Below are positions 42,517 through 52,679 of a DNA stretch of 64,000 nucleotides, piece after piece. How positions within the stretch are numbered: the first letter of the stretch is position 1; each line of letters begins with the position of its first letter. Below the pieces are notes generated by a model, which saw only the letters and a list, made by a program, of their open reading frames with translations, was not told where the DNA came from and did not search any database. Where the stretch lies: IMG/VR virus record IMGVR_UViG_3300044712_000336, positions 1-64,000 of that record. The stretch is one strand, 5' to 3'. Made by a program: the position numbers and the translations under genes. The stretch is from a virus.

Positions 42517-42741
42517 ATGGAAGAAAAACAATATTGTGAAGAATGTGGTGAAGAACTAATTAATGGTATATGTTTTAATGATGAATGTGCATCATCACCG
42601 TATTATATAAGTGAAGATGAAGAAAATGATGAAGATTGGTGTGAATTATGTGGTGATGAGATGATTGATGGATATTGTAGTAATCCATCATGTGAAAATT
42701 CAGAAGAATACAATGAAGATAACGAAAATACAGAAGAATAA
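42517..42741 (+). CDS. Acidic protein with two Cys4 repeats
   Basis: CEECGEELINGICFNDEC and CELCGDEMIDGYCSNPSC. Confidence 0.65.
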   Translation: MEEKQYCEECGEELINGICFNDECASSPYYISEDEENDEDWCELCGDEMIDGYCSNPSCENSEEYNEDNENTEE

Positions 42742-42908
42742 TGGCTAAAGAAGTAACAACAACAGTAAAGAATCCATCAGGAGCAGTAGTTAAACAATGT
42801 TCTTGTAAACATGAATTTCAAGATGAAATACATGGTAAAGGAATGAGAGTTCATAATGTAACAACTAAAGGTAATAAATGTACTGTATGTGGAAATATTA
42901 ATCGTTAA
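42741..42908 (+). CDS. Small zinc-binding protein (55 aa, below ORF-track cutoff)
   Basis: CSCKHEFQD...RVHN...CTVCG; ATG overlaps the preceding stop. Confidence 0.7.
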   Translation: MAKEVTTTVKNPSGAVVKQCSCKHEFQDEIHGKGMRVHNVTTKGNKCTVCGNINR

Positions 42909-42918
42909 AATAAGTAAA

Positions 42919-43353
42919 ATGATACAAGTAAGGCAAAATGTATTTGAAACTAATAGTTCAAGTACACATAGTGTTAGTATTTCTTATGAAGGTGATTTAA
43001 CAGATATTCCAATACCAGATGATAATGGAATAGTTCATGTAGATACAGATGAATATGGGTGGGAAGAATGTGAATATAATGATTTATATAGTAGATTATC
43101 TTATGCAGCTACTTATGCTTTAAATTATGGAAGTGAAGAAAATAAAGAGTTATTAACTGAAGTTATTAAACAATACAGTGGTGCAAAAGAAGTATTATAT
43201 GATCATAATAATAATCCAGTTTATTGGAAACATGGTTATATAGACCATCAAAGTACAGACACAGTGGCTGATATATTTGAATCAAGAGAAAGTTTAGTTA
43301 ATTTTCTATTTAATCCAAATTCATATTTTATTACAGATAACGATAATCATTAA
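42919..43353 (+). CDS. FETNSSSTHS-motif protein 1 (true start ATG 42919)
   Basis: MIQVRQNVFETNSSSTHS; also GYIDHQS and terminal DNDNH. Confidence 0.8.
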   Translation: MIQVRQNVFETNSSSTHSVSISYEGDLTDIPIPDDNGIVHVDTDEYGWEECEYNDLYSRLSYAATYALNYGSEENKELLTEVIKQYSGAKEVLYDHNNNPVYWKHGYIDHQSTDTVADIFESRESLVNFLFNPNSYFITDNDNH

Positions 43354-43357
43354 AATT

Positions 43358-43600
43358 ATGATACAAATAAGAAATTCAATTTTCGAAACTAATTCCATTA
43401 GCACACATAGTATTACTATTTGTACACCAGAAGAATGGAGTAAATTAGAGTCTGGTGACTATGATGGATTAGATGAAAGATTAATAGAGAAGTTTGAAAA
43501 TAATTATAGAGATTCATATATGGAAACATATAGTTATGAAACTACTACTCCGGGTGGTGAAAAAATAAGATTATTTGGAGATTATGGAAGGGATGGTTAA
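43358..43600 (+). CDS. FETNSSSTHS-motif protein 2
   Basis: MIQIRNSIFETNSISTHS. Confidence 0.8.
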   Translation: MIQIRNSIFETNSISTHSITICTPEEWSKLESGDYDGLDERLIEKFENNYRDSYMETYSYETTTPGGEKIRLFGDYGRDG

Positions 43601-44063
43601 TATAAGAAAAAATGTGTTTGAAACAAATAGTAGTTCAACACACTCCATTACTATTGGCAATATAAATTCAAAACCATTAGAATTATTAAAAGATGGTATA
43701 TTAAATCCACAACTACTAATTGATAAATATGTTGCTTATAATTATGAATATAAAATAGTATGTTATAATTTAGAAGAGAAATTAGCGTTAGTAACATTAT
43801 GGATTTTGTGTGATAGATGGAATGTTACTGATGAAATTAGAGAAGAATTATTAAATATAATTAAAGAAGAGTTTAATATAGTTAAAATATTAGATTTAAA
43901 AGAGTTAAGATTTTCTTCACAAGATGATGACGATGATATATTATTTGATTATGGTTATGAAGAAGAAATTGATATTATTTCAACAAAAAAGAAGTTATAT
44001 GAATTAATAAATATTATAAAAGATGACAGTAGATTCATTAGTGATATCAAAGAAGAAAGATAA
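43593..44063 (+). CDS. FETNSSSTHS-motif protein 3 (true start ATG 43593)
   Basis: MVNIRKNVFETNSSSTHS. Confidence 0.8.
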   Translation: MVNIRKNVFETNSSSTHSITIGNINSKPLELLKDGILNPQLLIDKYVAYNYEYKIVCYNLEEKLALVTLWILCDRWNVTDEIREELLNIIKEEFNIVKILDLKELRFSSQDDDDDILFDYGYEEEIDIISTKKKLYELINIIKDDSRFISDIKEER

Positions 44064-44937
44064 ATTAGTAGAATATAAAAATGGTAATACTACAGTTACT
44101 ATATATAAAGATGGTACAAAAGTAAGAGAGTTTGAAGGTATTCCAGTAGTGGAACATCCTGAAAGTATGGATATTAAAATTACTAATTATTGTGATTTAG
44201 GATGTCCATATTGCCATGAAAATTCTACTATTAAAGGAAAACATTCAGATTTATTCTTACTAAAGGAAAAATTGGATATACTTCCAGCAGGTATTGAATT
44301 AGCATTAGGTGGTGGTAATCCATTATCTCATCCAAATTTAGTACAATTTTTAGAATGGTGTAAAACTAAGGGATTTATAGCTAATATAACTATTAATGAA
44401 AAACATATAAATAAGTATAATGAATTAATTATAGATTTAATAACAAGAGATTTAGTCAAAGGTATTGGTATATCTGTTACTGAAGGAAATATTAATCTTA
44501 TTAAATCATTATATAAATTATCATCAAATATAGTATTACATTTAATTGTGGGAATAAATACTATTGAACAAATTGAAGAATTATGTACTATAAAAGGTAT
44601 AAAAGTATTATTACTTGGGTACAAAACATTTGGTAGAGGAATATCATACTACTCTCAAGATATAACAGATAATATTAATAAATGGTATAAACATCTTCCT
44701 ACATTAGTAGGAAAGTTAGTATTAAGTTTTGATAATCTGGCTATTGAACAATTAAATGTAAAGAGATTATTTACATCAAAAGGATGGGATAGATTTTATA
44801 TGGGGGATGATTTTACTTTTACTATGTATATTGATGCAGTAGAACAACAATATGCTCCTACAAGTAGATCTGATGATAGACAATCTTTTAAAGATTATAA
44901 TGTAATACAATATTTCAAAACATTTAAAAATAAATAA
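44023..44937 (+). CDS. Radical SAM enzyme
   Basis: CDLGCPYCHE (CxxxCxxC), GGGNPL, NITIN; no C-terminal SPASM cysteines. Confidence 0.9.
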   Translation: MTVDSLVISKKKDKLVEYKNGNTTVTIYKDGTKVREFEGIPVVEHPESMDIKITNYCDLGCPYCHENSTIKGKHSDLFLLKEKLDILPAGIELALGGGNPLSHPNLVQFLEWCKTKGFIANITINEKHINKYNELIIDLITRDLVKGIGISVTEGNINLIKSLYKLSSNIVLHLIVGINTIEQIEELCTIKGIKVLLLGYKTFGRGISYYSQDITDNINKWYKHLPTLVGKLVLSFDNLAIEQLNVKRLFTSKGWDRFYMGDDFTFTMYIDAVEQQYAPTSRSDDRQSFKDYNVIQYFKTFKNK

Positions 44938-45758
44938 TGGCACAAAGGATAGCAATATTAGGTGAACCAAATTCAGGGAAATCTTATAGTAGATCTTTTA
45001 TAACAAATTCAGATAGTGTATTTGTACTAGCTCCTTCAGATAAGAAGTTATATTTAAAGAAATCTGATGGAAATAGATTAGATTATTTTAATATAAGTAC
45101 ACAAAAATTAAAAACTACTGAAGAAGTAGCAAAAGTATGTAATAAAAATACTGATGATATTTGTGGAATAATTGATGTACTTACTAAAAAAGGTATAGAG
45201 TTTTCCTGTACTGGAAATTATATAGTTAATTATCGTATAGAAGATGCAGGAACAATACTTAATATAATTAGTAGTAAAATGATACATATAAATACAGTAA
45301 TAATTCCAGATTTTACACATTTTATTAGTGCAGAAATAAGTGAAATAGATTTTATTAAACGTAAGTCTGGTGGTGATGCTTTTGCTAAATATTTAGAACT
45401 AGCAGCAAACTCATTAAATTCCTTTATTAAGAGTGTAGATTTATTACGTAAAGATTTAATTGTAGTTACAGAGTATCATATAGAGTATGATGAAATTGAT
45501 GGAAATTATCATATATTTGTTCCTGGAGGCAAGATGATGGTAGAGAAGTTTAAATTAGATAGTTATTATGATTATATATTATATACTAAATATATAGATG
45601 ATAATAATGTAAAATTCAATGATAGGTTTAAATTTGTAGTTAGACGTGATGGAAAATATAATGCACGTTCTTCTGGTATATTCGGTGAACAAATACTAGT
45701 TCCAAACAATTTACAAATTGTATTAGAGAAGGTTAGAGAAGATAATGGTATAAAATAA
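44937..45758 (+). CDS. AAA_24/Sak4-like P-loop NTPase (recombination/annealing)
   Basis: GEPNSGKS, VIIPDF, GKM...KLDSYYDYILY. Confidence 0.75.
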   Translation: MAQRIAILGEPNSGKSYSRSFITNSDSVFVLAPSDKKLYLKKSDGNRLDYFNISTQKLKTTEEVAKVCNKNTDDICGIIDVLTKKGIEFSCTGNYIVNYRIEDAGTILNIISSKMIHINTVIIPDFTHFISAEISEIDFIKRKSGGDAFAKYLELAANSLNSFIKSVDLLRKDLIVVTEYHIEYDEIDGNYHIFVPGGKMMVEKFKLDSYYDYILYTKYIDDNNVKFNDRFKFVVRRDGKYNARSSGIFGEQILVPNNLQIVLEKVREDNGIK

Positions 45759-45775
45759 AAGTTTTATACATATAA

Positions 45776-45807
45776 TTTGCGTATTTAAAATAATACATGT
45801 ACTTTTG
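45776..45807 (+). promoter_or_regulatory. Bacteroidota promoter
   Basis: TTTG-N20-TACTTTTG exact consensus. Confidence 0.75.
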
Positions 45808-45950
45808 TATCATCAATCAGGGAATACTTAACCAATTAAGGGTTGATGACTTACAAAGGTCGAATTGGTCAAAAACATTGAAAGTTATTAAAAATAAGTA
45901 TAAGGTAATTCATAAACAACATTAAAAATTAAATTAAAAAGTTAAAAATC

Positions 45951-46766
45951 ATGGCTATTTCAAAAAACAATTTGTCAAAAGCATTAGAAGTTAAAGAACG
46001 TAAAGTACGTGAATCTAAAGGTACAGTTAAACCTGAATATAAACCAATTGATAATACAAATAGGTTTGTAATTTCAGCTCAAACAATGAGGGGTTCTGAT
46101 AATATCAAACTTAATGGTCGTATTTATGATCCAACTGTAGCAGAACTTGCTAAATCTAAAGGTAAATTGAAAGATAACTTTGCTTTCCTTCATGGTGAAG
46201 CTGGTAAACTATTCTTAGTTGTAGTTGATGCTGATAAAATGGCACATATTCAAGGTTTGAATGGTAAGAATGCAGTATGTGGGCAAGAATTTGCTGAAAC
46301 TAAAGTAATTAAAGGTGAACGTGCAGGTGAAGTAATGGTAGTTGATCGCAGACGTCAGTTAAACATGGCTAAATTTGGTATGCCTGTATCAGATTCAAGG
46401 AACTGTCAGAAATTTGAAATACCAACAACTGGTAAATTGATTGCTAATACTGTTGCTACAATTGGTAAAGATAATGTAGAACGTATTCTTGATGGTAAGA
46501 ATCTACGTTATGTAATTGGAACTAAAGTAGAACTTAGTATTCCAGTTGATACTAATAAGTTGATTGATCCTTCATTGGAAGGTAAAACTAATGCTCGTTA
46601 TGCTAAAGAAGATGTAACATTTGTAGCATTTGAACTTACACCAAAGTTTAAAACTGAAGTTAAAGGTGAAGAAGTAGTATCGACTACTGAAATTGAAAGT
46701 GAAGAAGTTGAAGTTGAAGTTGAAGTTGAAGTTGAAATTGAAAGTGAAGAAGAAGTAGAAATCTAG
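45951..46766 (+). CDS. Basic protein with acidic low-complexity tail (possible ssDNA-binding/nucleoid protein)
   Basis: Has its own promoter and terminator; EVEVEV tail. Confidence 0.55.
   Translation: MAISKNNLSKALEVKERKVRESKGTVKPEYKPIDNTNRFVISAQTMRGSDNIKLNGRIYDPTVAELAKSKGKLKDNFAFLHGEAGKLFLVVVDADKMAHIQGLNGKNAVCGQEFAETKVIKGERAGEVMVVDRRRQLNMAKFGMPVSDSRNCQKFEIPTTGKLIANTVATIGKDNVERILDGKNLRYVIGTKVELSIPVDTNKLIDPSLEGKTNARYAKEDVTFVAFELTPKFKTEVKGEEVVSTTEIESEEVEVEVEVEVEIESEEEVEI
46704..46733 (+). repeat. (GAAGTT)5 coding tandem repeat
   Basis: Five exact units flanked by a direct repeat GAAATTGAAAGTGAAGAAG. Confidence 0.85.
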
Positions 46767-46790
46767 GTTAAACCAACCTATATAACGATG

Positions 46791-46823
46791 AGGGTATTAT
46801 CTTAATTGGTAATACCCTTTTTT
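46791..46823 (+). terminator. Intrinsic terminator
   Basis: AGGGTATTA...TAATACCCT followed by a T run. Confidence 0.8.
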
Positions 46824-46877
46824 ATTTGATACAAGTGAAGAATTGATAAATTAATTAAACAAAAATAAATAATAAAC

Positions 46878-47687
46878 ATGGCAAAGATTAAAGAAGGTAC
46901 TGGTAATGGTAAATTTGTTGGTTATGTTCCTGCACAGATTCAAGTAGTAAACCCAACTGTTCAACAAAAGAAAGAAGTATTAGGATTTGAACAAGATCCT
47001 ACTAAAGAAGTAAAAGGGTATACTGGTATTAATAGTAATAGTAATGCTAAATATCTAATGTTACAATTTTGGTTTAGTATTAAATCACCAGAGGTAAGTC
47101 CTAAATATAAGGATTCATTTACAATATTCTTATCCGATGAACAGGATTCAATGGGTAGTCCTGAGAATGGTTTATTAGGATGGATTGATGATGATGGAAA
47201 TATTGATTATGCCCAATCACCAGCAGAAGCAGAAGAAAAAACTAGTGAAAGAGGGTATAAATTCTCAGCAAAAACAGCAAGGAAATTATATAAAGGTGAA
47301 TCTGTTATGATGTCTTTATATAAAGCTATTCATGGTAAAGGAAGTTCTTTTGTATTAGATCAAGAATTAATTGATACTTTATTGAATGATGCAGAAGAAA
47401 GTAATGTATTATTGAATACTTGGTTTATCAGTAAAGGGAAAGATGGTAAAATCAACAAGACTATAGGTATCCTTCTTGGAATGGATGAAAAAGGTAATAC
47501 TAAATTATATGATAAAGCATTTGGTACTTTAGATTGGATTAAAAAGAAATTGGAAAAGAATAATTATTTTAAAGCACAATTTCCGTCTGATTTTGCTCTT
47601 ACATCATGGACTAAAGATGATTTAGTTGGTGATGATGTAGATGAGTTCTTTGAAGAAGATGATGCTGTAAATGAAGATCAATTTTAA
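46878..47687 (+). CDS. Putative single-stranded DNA-binding protein (crAss-type)
   Basis: VVNPT motif; acidic C-terminus ending in F; located in the replication module. Confidence 0.55.
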   Translation: MAKIKEGTGNGKFVGYVPAQIQVVNPTVQQKKEVLGFEQDPTKEVKGYTGINSNSNAKYLMLQFWFSIKSPEVSPKYKDSFTIFLSDEQDSMGSPENGLLGWIDDDGNIDYAQSPAEAEEKTSERGYKFSAKTARKLYKGESVMMSLYKAIHGKGSSFVLDQELIDTLLNDAEESNVLLNTWFISKGKDGKINKTIGILLGMDEKGNTKLYDKAFGTLDWIKKKLEKNNYFKAQFPSDFALTSWTKDDLVGDDVDEFFEEDDAVNEDQF

Positions 47688-47711
47688 TAATAATTAAATA
47701 AATATAACAAT

Positions 47712-47969
47712 ATGAATTTTGGACAAGCAATTGAAGCCTTAAAAGAAGGTAAAAAATTACAAAGATCTGGATGGAATGGTAAAGGAATGTTTGTATATTA
47801 TGTTCCTGATAATACTTTTAAAACTTTAACAGAAGTAGCTAAAACACATTTTGGTGATGAATTAAAATTTAATGCTTATTTTGCTATAAGGAATGTAAAT
47901 AATACAGTAAGTATGTGGGTTCCATCAATTAATGATTGTTTAGCAGAAGACTGGACAATTATAGAATAA
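47712..47969 (+). CDS. tad2: DUF2829 / Tad2-like anti-Thoeris sponge protein
   Basis: MNFGQAIEALKEGKKLQRSGWNGKGMF...WVPSINDCLAEDW. Confidence 0.8.
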   Translation: MNFGQAIEALKEGKKLQRSGWNGKGMFVYYVPDNTFKTLTEVAKTHFGDELKFNAYFAIRNVNNTVSMWVPSINDCLAEDWTIIE

Positions 47970-47980
47970 TTAAACATAAC

Positions 47981-48016
47981 AAGGGTAATTAAGGTAATAC
48001 TTAGTTACCCTTTTTT
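47981..48016 (+). terminator. Intrinsic terminator
   Basis: AAGGGTAATTAAG...CTTAGTTACCCTT followed by TTTT. Confidence 0.8.
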
Positions 48017-48115
48017 ATTGGTGCAAGTAGACAAATCTTGCTTAATACTAAGTCGAAGAGGATAGTGAAAACTATAATAAGACATACCAATATTAACAAT
48101 TAAAATTAAATAATT

Positions 48116-50337
48116 ATGTTACCAACACAAGAAGAACAAGATAAGAAATGGACTGAATTAGAAAAAGTATATTGTGAAAAAGATAGTATTTTACATAATC
48201 ATGGATTATTTGCAGAAGAATATGCTAAATGGTTATGCACTGAAGTAATTAAACATTGTGCTGAAGTTGCTAAAATTAAAATGATTGAAGATGGCTTTAT
48301 TGTAGTAGATAAACAAAGTATTTTAAATGTAATAAATGAATTATAATAACAAAATAAAACAAAATTATGGAAGAATACATCTTAGTAAAATGGCCAGAAG
48401 TTCAAGAACTAATGGAAAAAGAATGGTTTCAAGAAGAAGCTATATTAGCTTTAGGTAATAAAGAAATAACAGGTGATTCTGCTTATTTTATACCTAAAGA
48501 AAGAATGGATAAATTGCAAAAACAATATATGCAAGATTCATTAAAAGAATTTGATATTATACTTTCTAAAATAACAGATGAACAAATTGAAAAATTAAGG
48601 AAAGAATTTAATATATTTGAAAAAACTGAGAGTGAAGAAGAAATAACTGATACTATGAGGTTAGATTGGTTAGAACAAACTTATTCAGATGATGAGTGGT
48701 TACATGAAGTACCGTTAAATAATTTAACTATAAGAGAATTTATTGATAAACAATTAAAACAAAAATAATGGAAGAACAATTAGAACCATACTTAGATTTC
48801 CAATATCATGGAAATAAAGAAGATATAACAGCAGTTAATAGTTCTTTACAAGTATTAGAGAAGATAATGGATCGTAAATATTTTGAGATAATAAGAAATA
48901 CATTCTCATTACAAAATGAGTACTGGCGTATAAGTAATAAATGTGGTGAATCATTAGAAGCTATGATAAGATTAACTGAGTATGTATCAAATTTAACATC
49001 AAAACAAGAATAGTATGGATATAACAATGTGTACAGGAATAGAATGTCCAATAAAGGAAACCTGTTTAAGGTATAAAGGTGAAGTTAATAAACGTTATCA
49101 AAGTTTCTTTAAATATATTCCAGTAAAAGATGGTAAATGTGAATATTATTGGGAAATAAAAGAACATACACCATTAACAGAAAAAGAAGAAATGGATCAA
49201 TATTTTGATAAATTAATACAATTAGGGTTATGGGAATAAAATCAAAATTAGTAGATTTGTATTATGATACAAAGAATTTCTTTATAAATGTATGGTTGTA
49301 CAGGAAAACATTAGCTAAAGATAGACATTGGGATTATGTGTATATATTATATATGTTAAAACGTAAGTTAGAATTAACTAGAGATGTTATATTAAAAGAC
49401 GAATATACATGCTCAGAAAGAACTACACAAGATTTAAGATATATTAATATTTGTATAAAATTAATAGATTATTTAGAAAATAGTTATTACTTATCAGAAA
49501 GAGTACGTTACTATAATTTTGATATAAACTGGGAAGACATAAAATACAAATATGGAAGAATACAATTATGTAAAAGTACTGAAATAATAGTAACTTTAGA
49601 TAAATCAGATGAATATATTAAAAAATATAAACATGTTTATAAAGAAGTACTTAAAAATTATCCAGAAGAAAAACATGATACACATTTTATAATGTTATAT
49701 ATGGATGATGCTTTAGAAGATAAAGCATATAAATTATTATTTAACATATTGTATAACAAAATGAGATTTTGGTGGAGGTAATAATATGGATAAACAGATA
49801 AATAAAGCGTTTGGTAAAAAAATATATTTATTAGGCATTGACCAAGAAGGTACAAAATATTGGTTAGAAGAACCAAAATGGGATTGTGGTTGGTATTGGG
49901 GATTTGGGTATATTGAATCATATACAAATAATGATAATCCATCATTAAGTAGGGATATAAATTCCCATCAACATTGGGAAGGAACATTGCAAGAATTAAA
50001 TATTCCCATGATGTTGGTAGGATATAAAGGAGTAAGTTATATTAACTGGAATAAAGAAGTATTAGAAAGGAAAGAATATGTACATAATCCTTATGATAAT
50101 CCATATTTAGTAGAAAAAACATTTAATGAGAAGGAAGGTTGGGAATTGGGTGAATTATTTGCACAATTTTATTTTCTAAAACAAGCTGCTGAAATGTTTA
50201 ATAGAGGTAAAGCTTATATAAGTAATACAATTATTCCTTTATGGAAAGATGATAATAAAGTTAAAGAAATTAATGAAATTATTATACCAAATGTAACTAA
50301 AAGAATATTAGAAATATTAACCCCAAAGAGTGAGTGA
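48116..50337 (+). CDS. Run of six hypothetical genes
   Basis: Packed ORFs at 48116, 48367, 48768, 49015, 49230, 49786. Confidence 0.55.
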
Positions 50338-51349
50338 ATACTTATCAACGGATAAAATATTATCATCTGTACAGGAAGAATCATTATATTTCCATTACTT
50401 TGGAATAGATGTAAGTAAAAAGAAATGTAAATCTTTAATACGTGCAGATGATAGTAATGCTTCAATGAAATTTAGAAGGATCAATAATAGAATAAAATGG
50501 TCAGATTTTGGTTCAACATATAGAGATGCTGATATATTTGACTTATTATATATATCTAAAGGTTGGTCTTTCTATGAATCATTAATACATATAAATAATG
50601 ATTTTAATTTAGGATTTAAGTATAGTGATAAATATAACATTGATATTGTTGCAAGTAATCCTGTAAATACAGATTTTCTTATTCCTTCATTAAAGGAAAA
50701 TGAATCAATTGATATACAAGTAGTACTGAATAAATTTAATAACAAACATGTATTTACAAAAGATGACTTAAAATATTGGATTCAAGGTTATATTAATAAG
50801 ACTATACTAATGAAGGAACATGTATTTTCAGTTAATACTGTACTATTAAATAGTGTTCCTATAATGAGGTATCATAAGAAAGACCCTATTTTCCTGTATG
50901 TAGAAATGGTAGATAATATAAAATTCTACAAGATATATCGTCCATTACATATAGGAAAACAAGGTAAATGGTTATCTAATATACAAAATGCAAGTAAAGC
51001 AATTGGTGGATTAAAACATTTACAAGATACTAATTATATAATTATAACTAAATCTAAGAAAGATTACATGGTATTACGATGGGTATTAGGATATAATGTA
51101 GTATATATTCAGTCAGAAAGTACACCAATTGATGTTGATATAATGAGTATGTTATGGAATAAATATGAAACTATATATAGTTTATTTGATAATGATGATG
51201 CAGGATATACTTTAAATGAGAAATTTGCAGAAGTAAATGAAACAATACCTATATTTTATAACACCAATGATGGAAAAGATAGTTGGGATGTTATATTAAA
51301 ATACGGTATGGAAAAAACAAGAACAATAATTAATAAGTTAATGATATGA
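50330..51349 (+). CDS. DnaG-like primase (crAss-type)
   Basis: Degenerate Zn-binding domain (SLIRADD, WSDFG), ITKSKKD, QSE, TOPRIM FDNDDAG, KDSWD. Confidence 0.85.
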   Translation: MSEYLSTDKILSSVQEESLYFHYFGIDVSKKKCKSLIRADDSNASMKFRRINNRIKWSDFGSTYRDADIFDLLYISKGWSFYESLIHINNDFNLGFKYSDKYNIDIVASNPVNTDFLIPSLKENESIDIQVVLNKFNNKHVFTKDDLKYWIQGYINKTILMKEHVFSVNTVLLNSVPIMRYHKKDPIFLYVEMVDNIKFYKIYRPLHIGKQGKWLSNIQNASKAIGGLKHLQDTNYIIITKSKKDYMVLRWVLGYNVVYIQSESTPIDVDIMSMLWNKYETIYSLFDNDDAGYTLNEKFAEVNETIPIFYNTNDGKDSWDVILKYGMEKTRTIINKLMI

Positions 51350-51840
51350 CACAAAAAGAACAAAATACAGTAGATAGTTTATTACAAGCTATAAAAGATT
51401 TAAGAACTGATAATACACAATATAGAGAGTATATAAATAAACAAGTAGAAAATTTATCTAAATTAGTTGAACATAAGCATGTTCCTTTATCATTAGAAGA
51501 AAATATATTACAAGTTAGTAAGAATGCTATACAAAAGAGTATTAATGATGCTTTATCAGCATATGATAGTCCTTTAAAAAGATATATAACTGTTTCAATT
51601 AGTAAGTATGAAACTGACATTATTAGAGTATTTCAAGATGTGTTTAAAGAGGAAATACATACAGAGCAGTTTAAAGAAGTAGCAAAAGAAGAAATATTGC
51701 GTAAAGTTGTCAAAAGTATTATTTCTGGAATTGATGGTTCTGTAGACAAAGTAGTAAATCAAATGAAACAAGATAGTATATTTAGAAGTAAATTAACTCT
51801 AACAGTTAATACATTAGTAGAGGAATTTTTAAATAAATAA
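51346..51840 (+). CDS. Hypothetical helical protein
   Basis: Coupled to primase. Confidence 0.6.
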   Translation: MTQKEQNTVDSLLQAIKDLRTDNTQYREYINKQVENLSKLVEHKHVPLSLEENILQVSKNAIQKSINDALSAYDSPLKRYITVSISKYETDIIRVFQDVFKEEIHTEQFKEVAKEEILRKVVKSIISGIDGSVDKVVNQMKQDSIFRSKLTLTVNTLVEEFLNK

Positions 51841-52148
51841 TATGATACCACTAAGATTAAACTCAGATAATGGTATAGTTATAGTTACTAAAGGTAAAGA
51901 TAGACTATATTATAATTTACCATCAGGAATGACTGGTACTGATTTTATAAAGTTTAAAAGAAAACATAAAAAAGAATTAAAAGAATATCAAGAAAATGAT
52001 ATTGAGATTATTAATAATTAATATATTAAAATTATGCCAAAATGTTATGATTGTGGTGATCCACTAGATGATGATATAGTAACATGTACTAATTATGGGA
52101 ATTGTGATGCAGCAGATTTACAAATAGATCAAAGTAATAATACAGATA

Positions 52149-52679
52149 ATGAGTAATATTAAACATGGTATGAGAATACCTAAATCATTCTTTATTACAT
52201 CTGGATATGGTGAAAGTGATAATACATTACATGCAGGATCATATCATATAATGTTAAATATGATGGGTATTGCAGGACAAAATATTATGAATTATAGTAG
52301 TGTATTACCAGCTAATTGTATAGAAATAGAAAAACCTAACTGGTTGTATAAATCAGAAGTAAGAGGTGCTGTAATGGAAGTTATAATGAGCTCCTGTAAT
52401 GGAAGAGCAGAAGAATTACTATCAGCAGGAATTATATATGCTTATACTTATGAAGATGAAGAAATGACAAAATGTACAGGTGGATTAGTATGTGAAATTA
52501 ATGGTAGTTATAGTGATGAATCTCTTGAATATAAATTACAAGAAGCATTGAAGGAAATATATAATAATGGATTTTCACATGAATACTTAGGTAGTCCTAC
52601 TATTATTAAGAAATCATTTACACCTGAATTACAATATGGTAGTGTAGGTGTAGCTTTATGTTTTATTGATTATGAATAA
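52149..52679 (+). CDS. pdaD: Pyruvoyl-dependent arginine decarboxylase
   Basis: IPKSFFITSGYGES, GIAGQNIMNYSSVLP (Ser-Ser cleavage site), GAVMEVI, GGLVCE. Confidence 0.85.
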   Translation: MSNIKHGMRIPKSFFITSGYGESDNTLHAGSYHIMLNMMGIAGQNIMNYSSVLPANCIEIEKPNWLYKSEVRGAVMEVIMSSCNGRAEELLSAGIIYAYTYEDEEMTKCTGGLVCEINGSYSDESLEYKLQEALKEIYNNGFSHEYLGSPTIIKKSFTPELQYGSVGVALCFIDYE

